Shown here piece after piece: positions 8,139 through 15,020 of a DNA stretch of 32,000 bases (the stretch's first letter is position 1; each line of letters begins with the position of its first letter). The notes beneath the pieces were generated by a model, which did not search any database, was not told the DNA's origin, and was given only the letters and a program-made list of their open reading frames with translations. The DNA is from Edaphobacter aggregans. GTDB taxonomy: Bacteria > Acidobacteriota > Terriglobia > Terriglobales > Acidobacteriaceae. The position numbers and the translations under genes were made by a program. The DNA lies in the NCBI RefSeq assembly GCF_003945235.1, contig NZ_RSDW01000001.1, forward strand, positions 6,120,001 through 6,152,000. The letters are read 5' to 3'.

Positions 8139-9062
8139 ATGGGCTTAGGTAGTGTGGTTCCGGTGATGTTGGGGGGGGGGTCGAGGAGCGGGCTCCTTGG
8201 TGAGGAGCAGCCGGTGTTTGCTGGAGAAATGGCAAACACGTCAGGCGGATCGTTTACACCGTTTACTGGCGACGAGTCGCTTGATAGCGGCGCAGTTGAA
8301 AGCGAAGTTGCGACGGATCGGGATCTGTTGCTGATGGAGCATCTGCCGACGGTGCGGTATCTGGCGCGGAGGATCCATGAGAGGTTGCCGCAGCATGTTG
8401 ACTTGGACGATTTGATCTCGGCTGGTGTGGTGGGACTGATTGATGCGTTCTCGAAGTTCGATCACAGCAAGAAGGTGCAGTTCAAGAGCTATGCGCAGTT
8501 CAGGATTCGCGGGGCGATTCTCGATTCTCTGCGGACGCTGGACTGGAGTCCCCGGGAGCTGCGTCGGAAGGGCAGGGCCGTTGAGGAGGCTATACGGTCG
8601 GTGACGCAGCGGGTTGGGCGGGCACCATCGGAGCTGGAGATCGCCGGTGAGATGAAGCTGAGTTTGACGGAGTATCAGCAGCTGCTTGGGGACCTGAAGG
8701 GGTTGGAGATTGGCAGTCTGCATATGGAGCGGTCTGAGGAGTCGGGCGATGAGGAACTGGCTTATGTGCCGGGATCGCCTGAGGAAGATCCGTTGTTTCG
8801 CTGTTTGAAGGGCGAGATGAAGCAGCGGCTGGCGGACGCGATCGATGAGCTTCCGGAGAAGGAGCGCATGGTGCTGACGCTCTACTACTACGAAGAGCTG
8901 ACGATGAAGGAGATCGGATTGACGCTGGGCGTCGTGGAGTCTCGGGTCTCGCAGATTCATTCTTCGGCAGTGTTGCGATTGCGGACGGCGCTGGCTGATT
9001 TGCGTAAGGGTGGAGAGATCTCGAAGAAGGTGACGGGGAAGAAGAAGGTTATTGCTCGTTGA
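8139..9062 (+). CDS. fliA: Flagellar sigma-28 factor FliA (start uncertain: 8127, 8139 or 8229)
   Basis: Sigma-70 regions 2-4 are recognisable: LPTVRYLARRIHERLPQHVDLDDLISAGVVGLIDAFSKFD, then FKSYAQFRIRGAILDSLR, then LTMKEIGLTLGVVESRVSQIHSSAVLRLR. ATG 8139 has a GGAGGA SD 4 nt upstream. ATG 8229 has GGAGAA immediately upstream. The stop codon is fixed. Confidence 0.92.
   Translation: MGLGSVVPVMLGGGSRSGLLGEEQPVFAGEMANTSGGSFTPFTGDESLDSGAVESEVATDRDLLLMEHLPTVRYLARRIHERLPQHVDLDDLISAGVVGLIDAFSKFDHSKKVQFKSYAQFRIRGAILDSLRTLDWSPRELRRKGRAVEEAIRSVTQRVGRAPSELEIAGEMKLSLTEYQQLLGDLKGLEIGSLHMERSEESGDEELAYVPGSPEEDPLFRCLKGEMKQRLADAIDELPEKERMVLTLYYYEELTMKEIGLTLGVVESRVSQIHSSAVLRLRTALADLRKGGEISKKVTGKKKVIAR
8171..8180 (+). 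repeat. G10 homopolymeric tract at the 5' end of fliA
   Basis: Direct read: ...gatgtt GGGGGGGGGG tcgagg... It encodes L-G-G-G-S if fliA starts at 8127 or 8139. It lies 49 nt upstream of the alternative ATG at 8229. Confidence 0.95.
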
Positions 9063-9094
9063 GTATGAACTAAGACGGTGAAGAAGGGTGATGG

Positions 9095-10108
9095 ATGGAA
9101 AAGAATCTTTTACAGGAAGATATTGATGCGTTATTTGCGGCGGCTGGTGCGAATGCTACAGCCAAGACAAACGACAATGGCGATGCCAAGCCCCCGGAAA
9201 AATACAGCTTCAGCAATGCGGGGCAGATCAGCAACGATCAGATGCGGGCGATCAGTACGGTTAATGATTTGTTTGCTCGCAACCTGATGCACACGCTGGG
9301 TGCATGGCTTCGGATGCCACTGAAGGTGAAGTTGGTATCGGGTGAACAGCTTCCGTTCAACGAATTTCTGGAGCGGCTTTCCACCATGTCGTATATCTGT
9401 TCGGTGCGCCTGGAGCCGTTGGGAGCAGTAGGATTGCTGGAGTTGGATCTGGCCCTGGCTGCGCCTATCGTGGATGTGCTGTTGGGTGGAACCGGGCGCG
9501 CGGGACAGGTGCGCGAGCTGACGGATATCGAGGAAGCAATTCTTACGGCCGTGGTGCAGGTGGTCATGCAGGAGCTGAACCTGGCGTGGCAGCCAGTGGG
9601 ATTGGTATTCGCCTTCGAGAAGCGTGAGACGGAGGCGCAGGCGGCACGGACGATGACGCTGGGTGAGAAGACGTTGTGCGTGAGCTTCGAGGCGCGTATG
9701 CCCGAGGTGCAGGGAGTGTTGAATCTGTGTCTGCCTGCGGTGGTGTTGAATGCGATTCTGCGCAGATTGATCGCGCAAGGAGATCAGCCGCGCAGGAGGT
9801 CGAAGGACGCGCAGGCGAAGATGCGAGAGTTGGTGGGCGAGGTGAAGGTTGGTGCCGTGTTGCAGTTTCCGCCGGTGCGTTTACGCGCGGCTGAGCTGTC
9901 ATCGCTGGAACCGGGTGCAGTTCTGCGGCTGCCGTTGCCGCGATACCAGATGGCAGAGTTGCGTGTGGGTGGGTTGCAGTTTGGACGGGCTTATCCGGTG
10001 CGAACAGGAGAGCATCGCGGCGCTCAGATTGAAGGCGAGAACTGCGGATCTCTGATGAAGCTGTCTTCTGGCAATGATGTTGCTGCCGCAACGACGAGTG
10101 TGAATTGA
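9095..10108 (+). CDS. fliM: Flagellar motor switch protein FliM
   Basis: 337 aa. The N-terminal LLQEDIDALF matches the CheY-P-binding LSQxEIDALL motif. The FliM middle domain (ISTVNDLFARNLMHTLGAWLRMPLKVKLVSGEQLPFNEFLERL) and a C-terminal SpoA-like segment are present. Confidence 0.93.
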   Translation: MEKNLLQEDIDALFAAAGANATAKTNDNGDAKPPEKYSFSNAGQISNDQMRAISTVNDLFARNLMHTLGAWLRMPLKVKLVSGEQLPFNEFLERLSTMSYICSVRLEPLGAVGLLELDLALAAPIVDVLLGGTGRAGQVRELTDIEEAILTAVVQVVMQELNLAWQPVGLVFAFEKRETEAQAARTMTLGEKTLCVSFEARMPEVQGVLNLCLPAVVLNAILRRLIAQGDQPRRRSKDAQAKMRELVGEVKVGAVLQFPPVRLRAAELSSLEPGAVLRLPLPRYQMAELRVGGLQFGRAYPVRTGEHRGAQIEGENCGSLMKLSSGNDVAAATTSVN

Positions 10109-10121
10109 GAGGGAAGAAGAA

Positions 10122-10430
10122 ATGGAAAATGTTGCGGGTGCGGATGAGCCGGCTATCACGGCGGCGGCGATCGGTTTGTTGTCGGACGTCGAGCTGGATG
10201 CGACGCTGCGATTTGGCTCGCGTGAGATGGCGTTGCGCGAGGTGCTGGAACTGGGGCCGGGAGCTGTTGTTGAGCTGGACCGGCATGTCACTGAGCCAGT
10301 GGATCTGGTTGTAGGAGATCGGATTGTGGCTCGAGGTGAAGTGGTGGTGGTGAATGGCAACTTTGCGTTGCGCATTACGGAAGTGGCGACGCCGCAACTG
10401 CGGCTGGAGAGCATACGATGCCTTTTCTAG
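10122..10430 (+). CDS. fliN: Flagellar motor switch protein FliN
   Basis: 102 aa SpoA domain (VELDATLRFGSREMALREVLELGPGAVVELDRHVTEPVDLVVGDRIVARGEVVVVNGNFALRITEV), immediately after fliM. Confidence 0.9.
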   Translation: MENVAGADEPAITAAAIGLLSDVELDATLRFGSREMALREVLELGPGAVVELDRHVTEPVDLVVGDRIVARGEVVVVNGNFALRITEVATPQLRLESIRCLF

Positions 10431-11359
10431 AGAAGCATAAGAATGTTGAGGACACAGTGGTGTGGGGTGGGGGTACGTATGGTCAGGCGGGGCTTGGGCC
10501 AGGGTCGGTGGGAGTTGCGGAGCCGCGGCGGTTATGTGGGTATGCGGAGTGCTCGAGTACCTGGACGGTGCCTTGGCGGAGTCGGAAGAGGCCTGTGTTT
10601 GAGGGGCAGTGGGGTTGTGGGGGGCGGTGTGTGCTGGGGCTGGTTCGGGCGGCGGTTCAGCGGGAGTTGGGAGAGGGCTCGGTGGGGCCTCAGGCGCATC
10701 GGCATAGGGTTCCGCTTGGGCTGGTGATGCTGGCGCAGGGGTGGATTACGCATCCTCAGTTAAGGAAGGCGCTGGATGCGCAGAGGGAGAGTGGGTCGGG
10801 GCGGATCGGCGACTGGCTGGTGAGCGAGTGCGGACTTGAGGCAGAGCAGATTACGCGAGGCCTCAGTATGCAGTGGAGTTGTCCTGTGCTGCCGATGATG
10901 GGCTTCGCTCCGGAGGCAATGGCCCTGGTGATGCCGAGGGTGTTTGTGGAGGAGTTCGGACTGTTGCCGCTTCGAGTTGCCGGATCGCGGATTCTGTACC
11001 TGGCGTTTGAGGATCGGCTGGATGCCGCGGCCGCGTTGGCGATCGAGAGGATGTCAGAGTTGAAGGTGGAGAGTGGGTTGGTGGATGGGAAGGAGTTTGA
11101 GCCGGCGCGGAGACGACTGCTTGAATATGAGTCTGTGCCGGTGAAGGTTGAGGTTGCTGCGGACTCGGATGCCTTGTCGGCCCGGATTACGGCAATTCTT
11201 GAACAGAAGCAGCCTCTGGCTTCGCGGTTGGTTCGGCTGCATCAATATTACTGGCTGAGGGTCTGGCTGGAGCAGGATGCGATGAGTGTGGTTGGGAGTT
11301 TGCCGAAGAGCTCTGAAGATGTTGGCGACTTCGTCTTTACGGTTGGCGGGCTGGCTTAG
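10418..11359 (+). CDS. Uncharacterised protein: N-terminal 4-Cys cluster plus T2SSE_N/MshEN-like domain, last gene of the flagellar operon
   Basis: 313-aa ORF whose ATG overlaps the fliN 3' end by 13 nt. It carries a C40-x4-C45-x21-C67-x3-C71 cluster. Residues ~99-215 (PLGLVMLAQGWITHPQLRKALDAQ-RESGSG-RIGDWLVSECGLEAEQITRGLSMQ...LLPLRVAGSRILYLAFEDRLD) resemble the N-terminal domain of GspE/MshE-type ATPases. No ATPase domain is present. Confidence 0.6.
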   Translation: MPFLEKHKNVEDTVVWGGGTYGQAGLGPGSVGVAEPRRLCGYAECSSTWTVPWRSRKRPVFEGQWGCGGRCVLGLVRAAVQRELGEGSVGPQAHRHRVPLGLVMLAQGWITHPQLRKALDAQRESGSGRIGDWLVSECGLEAEQITRGLSMQWSCPVLPMMGFAPEAMALVMPRVFVEEFGLLPLRVAGSRILYLAFEDRLDAAAALAIERMSELKVESGLVDGKEFEPARRRLLEYESVPVKVEVAADSDALSARITAILEQKQPLASRLVRLHQYYWLRVWLEQDAMSVVGSLPKSSEDVGDFVFTVGGLA

Positions 11360-11390
11360 GGTTTGCCAGCTACAGAGGCCTAACACCGAT

Positions 11391-11412
11391 TTCACCGATC
11401 AAGGCCGGTGAA
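11391..11412. terminator. Short hairpin between convergent genes (possible bidirectional terminator)
   Basis: TTCACCG (11391-11397) pairs with CGGTGAA (11406-11412) across an 8-nt loop. There is no flanking T-run, so support is weak. Confidence 0.3.
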
Positions 11413-11439
11413 CGCCAAGGGCATTGAAACATCGGCTTA

Positions 11440-11847
11440 TTACTGGGAGAAGGTGGGTGTGTCGGAGGGGTTGGCAGCTCGGAAGGCCGGGGAACTAGCG
11501 GTTGGTTGAGCGTCCTGGTGGGGGCCGAGGCCGAGTTTGATGATGGCGCGGGAGTCGGGCATCAGCTTGGTTTGCCAACCATTGTCAGACTGGAATTTTT
11601 GCATCGCGGCCTCGGTTTGGGAGTCCCAATGACCGCTAGCTTGGCCGGAAAGGTAGCCGGATTTGATGAGGGCTGTCTGAATTTCAGTGGCGCGGTTATC
11701 GTCGATTGCGCGCTGGCCGGTGTGCTTAGGGGCTGGCTTAGTGTGCTTGGGAGAGGTCGGACCACGACGGGCGTGGGAAAACGCGACGCAGGGAATCGCA
11801 GTTGCAACGAGCAGCGCAGAGCTTAGGAGGAGTCTGACAGATTTCAT
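11440..11847 (-). CDS. Secreted peptidoglycan-binding-domain protein
   Basis: 135 aa with a signal peptide (MKSVRLLLSSALLVATAIPCVAFS). A PG_binding_1-like segment follows (EIQTALIKSGYLSGQASGHWDSQTEAAMQKFQSDNGW). Confidence 0.75.
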   Translation of the reverse strand: MKSVRLLLSSALLVATAIPCVAFSHARRGPTSPKHTKPAPKHTGQRAIDDNRATEIQTALIKSGYLSGQASGHWDSQTEAAMQKFQSDNGWQTKLMPDSRAIIKLGLGPHQDAQPTASSPAFRAANPSDTPTFSQ

Positions 11848-12204
11848 AGAAAATTCAGCGCCTCGAGTTGCAGTATCGAACAGAACATGTACCGTCCCTG
11901 CTGAACTCGTGGTTAGGGTATCCCGAGAGTTACCAGTATGGCAACAACAAAGATTGGACGTACTGGTACGGCTTTTGGGTGAGTCTTGCTTACTTTTATT
12001 CTACCTGTTGGGTAGGCCAAAGCATTGATCGGGGCGGTGTTATTGGCGAGGATTTTACTGTTGTTCACGTGGGTGCGGCATGTTCGATAAATAGCTTGCG
12101 AAAGAAGTCTAGGAGCTAAAGCCCTTATTATTAACGGCTTATTCCGCAGAGTTAAAGCCCAGCGCTCACCGTCCGCAGGACAGAGCCAAGCTACAGTAGA
12201 TGTG

Positions 12205-12235
12205 CAAAGGGCGCGAAGGTGATCCGCGCCCCTTG
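12205..12235 (-). terminator. GC-rich hairpin downstream of htrA
   Basis: GGGCGCG (12209-12215) pairs with CGCGCCC (12225-12231) across a 9-nt loop, 20-45 nt after the htrA stop on the - strand. No clear U-tract. Confidence 0.45.
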
Positions 12236-12254
12236 TGTTGTAAAGTGGTGGACG

Positions 12255-13913
12255 CTACGGGAGAGTTCCGCCTACGTAGGAGTTGCCACTGTTTTTCTGC
12301 TGGGGATAGTGGACGACGAAGACGACGTCGTCTTTGGATTTAAGGGCGGAGACGATAGCCTTGTAATCGGCCTCGTTGGTTACGGGCTTTTTGTTGATTT
12401 CAGTGATGATAGCGCCCTTGACGAGGTTGATCTCGTCGGCAAAGGAGCCAGGCCGAACGGTGGTGACCAGGACACCGCCCTTGGTGCCGGTTTTGGTAGC
12501 AATCTGGGGCGGGACGGCCGAGACGGTGATGCCGAGTTTGTTCTGGCCGGCGTCTTCCTCTTGCGGTGCGGCGTTGTCGTCGTTGTCTCCAGCGAGATCG
12601 GAGTAAGTCTTGGCTCGGTCGCCGATCGCGACGTTAGCTGTTTCCTGTTTGCCGTTGCGGAGGTAGCCGAGTTTGACCATGGTGCCAACGTGACGGGCGG
12701 AGATGTCGGCTACGAGGTCGTCGCCATCTTTAATATTGCGGCCGTCAATCGAGACAATGACGTCACCAGGTTGAAGGCCAGCTTTAGCAGCGCCGCCGTT
12801 AGGAGTGACGGTGGAGACCATGACTCCGTTGGTGAAGCCGTACATACGGCCGACCGCGGAGCTGAGGGCAGGCTGGAAGCTGATGCCGATGGAGCCGCGA
12901 ACGACCTTGTGCTCGGGCCCGATGAGCATGTTGTAAACAGAGGCGATGGTGTTGGCCGGCATGGCGAAGCCGACACCCTGCGAGCCCATGGACTGGGTGT
13001 AGATGGCGGTGTTCATGCCGACGACGTTACCGGCCATATCCACGAGCGGCCCGCCGGAGTTGCCGGGGTTGATGGCGGCGTCGGTCTGGATGAAGCGCTG
13101 GAACTGGCTCTGCGAGACGCCGTTGGGGCCGGGTTCATCGATGGAGCGGTTTTTGGCGGAGATGATGCCGGCGGTGACGGTCTTGGAGAGGGCGAAGGGG
13201 CTGCCGATGGCGAGGACCCAGTCACCGACCTGTGCGCTGTCGGAGTTGCCGAGCTTGACGGTGGGCAGGGGTTCCTTGGAGTCGATCTTGATGACGGCGA
13301 TATCGGTGTCTTTGTCGACGCCGACTACGTGGGCCGGACGGCCTTCTTCGCCTGGCGCGCCACCGTCAGGATCGGTGGAGAGGCGGACGAAGATCTTGTC
13401 GGCCTTATCGACGACGTGATTGTTGGTGATGATGTAGCCGCGCGAGTCAACGATGAAGCCGGAGCCGAGGGCTTTGCGCTCGCCCCCGAAGCCGCCGTCG
13501 TCGTCACCGTCGCCACCCTGGCCGCCGAAGAAGCGATTGAAAAAGTCCTGCATGTCGCCGGGCTGCTGCTGGTCGTCATCGTTCCCGCCCTGCGGAGCGC
13601 GCTGACCGCGATGGTTTTTCTTGACGGCGGACTGCTTGGGCAGGGAGTCGGTGGTGATGTTGACCACGGCGGGACCGACCTGTTTGACGATCTGCGAAAA
13701 ACCATTCGAAAGAGTGACGGGCGAAGGGATAACGAGAGGCTTTGCGTCGGATGAGTCGACTGTGGCCTGTTCCTTGCCGCTGACGCCGTGGGTGAGAACG
13801 GAGCCGACGAGTATGCCGACAGAGAGCGTCGCGAGCAAGGTGAAGGTGGTAGCAAGGCGGCGGCCGCGGATGCGATCCAGCAGGCTCGGAGAAGTGCGTA
13901 TCGGTGTATCCAT
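12255..13913 (-). CDS. htrA: Periplasmic serine endoprotease HtrA/DegP/DegQ family (trypsin domain plus two PDZ domains)
   Basis: 552 aa with an N-terminal TM/signal segment. The motifs FFNRFFGG, catalytic GNSGGPLV and ITNNHVV are present, followed by two PDZ-like segments (LQPGDVIVSIDGRNI and GAIITEINKKPV). Confidence 0.95.
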   Translation of the reverse strand: MDTPIRTSPSLLDRIRGRRLATTFTLLATLSVGILVGSVLTHGVSGKEQATVDSSDAKPLVIPSPVTLSNGFSQIVKQVGPAVVNITTDSLPKQSAVKKNHRGQRAPQGGNDDDQQQPGDMQDFFNRFFGGQGGDGDDDGGFGGERKALGSGFIVDSRGYIITNNHVVDKADKIFVRLSTDPDGGAPGEEGRPAHVVGVDKDTDIAVIKIDSKEPLPTVKLGNSDSAQVGDWVLAIGSPFALSKTVTAGIISAKNRSIDEPGPNGVSQSQFQRFIQTDAAINPGNSGGPLVDMAGNVVGMNTAIYTQSMGSQGVGFAMPANTIASVYNMLIGPEHKVVRGSIGISFQPALSSAVGRMYGFTNGVMVSTVTPNGGAAKAGLQPGDVIVSIDGRNIKDGDDLVADISARHVGTMVKLGYLRNGKQETANVAIGDRAKTYSDLAGDNDDNAAPQEEDAGQNKLGITVSAVPPQIATKTGTKGGVLVTTVRPGSFADEINLVKGAIITEINKKPVTNEADYKAIVSALKSKDDVVFVVHYPQQKNSGNSYVGGTLP

Positions 13914-14092
13914 TGGCGGGTTCTTACCTCATTCTTGCGTTACGGTGCGCCGGTGCCAGAAAGGCTCGGCGAAACCTTAAGTATAGTTGCATTTCAGTTT
14001 CCGCGGCTTTACTCGCCTGTACGTTCTGTATATAGAGAGGCGATTGACGCCTTTCGGTTGTTTAGACGCGAATCTCTGACAAAAGTGACAGA

Positions 14093-15019
14093 TCAGACGG
14101 GGTGGGTGGGGAGTTCCGATGGTGTTGCAGTGAGTTCGGTTATGGCGATTCCGGTGAGGATGAGAGCGGCTCCGATGAGAGCTCGTTGGCCTAGATGCTC
14201 GTGGAGGAAGAGGACGGAGGTCAGGGCAGCGAAGACGGGTTCGAGGGTGAGGAGTAGTGCCGTGTGGGTCGGCGGGAGGTGCTGCTGGGCCCAGCTTTGG
14301 ATGGTGAAGGCGGCGGCGGTGGCTACGAGGCTGGTGATTCCGAGGGCGATCAGAAGGCGGAGCGTGATGGTGAGGTGAGGCTTGCCTCCGAGGGGGAGGG
14401 TGACGGCCATGATGACGGCGGCGGTGCCGATCTGGAGTGTGGCCAGTTGAGCGGTGGGAACTTTGTGCGAGGTGTGGGCAAGAGAGAGAAGGTGTCCGGC
14501 GAAGGCTATGGCGCAGACGAGGGTGAGGATGTCGCCGATGCCTATGCTGGAGAAGAGATTTTGCCATGTGGTCCCGGCTGGAGTGGTGAGGAACAGGAGG
14601 CCAGAGAAGGCCAGGAGCGCTCCGATGGCGGTGGTCCATCGGGGGGCGTGGGCGTTGGCGGGGCGCAGGATGGGGACGATGGTGAACAAGGGGACGAAGA
14701 CGACGACCAGGCCGGTGATGAAAGCGGATTTGGCGGCGGTGGTGCGGGCGAGGCCAGCGGTTTGAAATTGGTATCCGGCGGCGAGGAAGAGGCCGACGAT
14801 CAGCCCCGAGATGAGGGATGTGCGGTTAATGTTTCGCAGGTGGCGGTGATTGATGATGACCAGCGCGATGGTGGCGAGGGTCATGCGGAGGAGATTGAAG
14901 AGGAGCGGGGAGGCGTCGTTGAGAGCGTCCTTGACGAGGACGAAGGTGACTCCCCAGACGGCGACGACTCCCAGGAGGAGGATGTGTGCGAGGGTAGATG
15001 GGCTTAGGCTGCGCGGCAA
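14093..15019 (-). CDS. EamA/DMT-family transporter
   Basis: 308 aa, about ten TM segments arranged as two EamA-like halves (...AVWGVTFVLVKDAL... and ...LEPVFAALTSVLFLHEHL...). The start lies 1 nt after the upstream amidohydrolase stop. Confidence 0.88.
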   Translation of the reverse strand: MPRSLSPSTLAHILLLGVVAVWGVTFVLVKDALNDASPLLFNLLRMTLATIALVIINHRHLRNINRTSLISGLIVGLFLAAGYQFQTAGLARTTAAKSAFITGLVVVFVPLFTIVPILRPANAHAPRWTTAIGALLAFSGLLFLTTPAGTTWQNLFSSIGIGDILTLVCAIAFAGHLLSLAHTSHKVPTAQLATLQIGTAAVIMAVTLPLGGKPHLTITLRLLIALGITSLVATAAAFTIQSWAQQHLPPTHTALLLTLEPVFAALTSVLFLHEHLGQRALIGAALILTGIAITELTATPSELPTHPV

Positions 15020-15020
15020 A

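Noticed and set aside
11868-12119. 83-aa + strand ORF in the long spacer
   Set aside because: It has a non-ATG start and an aromatic-rich, non-protein-like translation (YQYGNNKDWTYWYGFWVSLAYFYSTCW). It has no SD and would be transcribed opposite to the two flanking - strand genes. I treated it as non-coding.
12219-13754. 511-aa ORF on the + strand opposite htrA
   Set aside because: It is a Gly/Asp/Val-rich shadow of the well-supported HtrA gene on the - strand. Analogous shadows were rejected at 14264..15007(+), 15489..16331(+), 18141..18758(+), 22610..24367(-) and 29558..30175(+).
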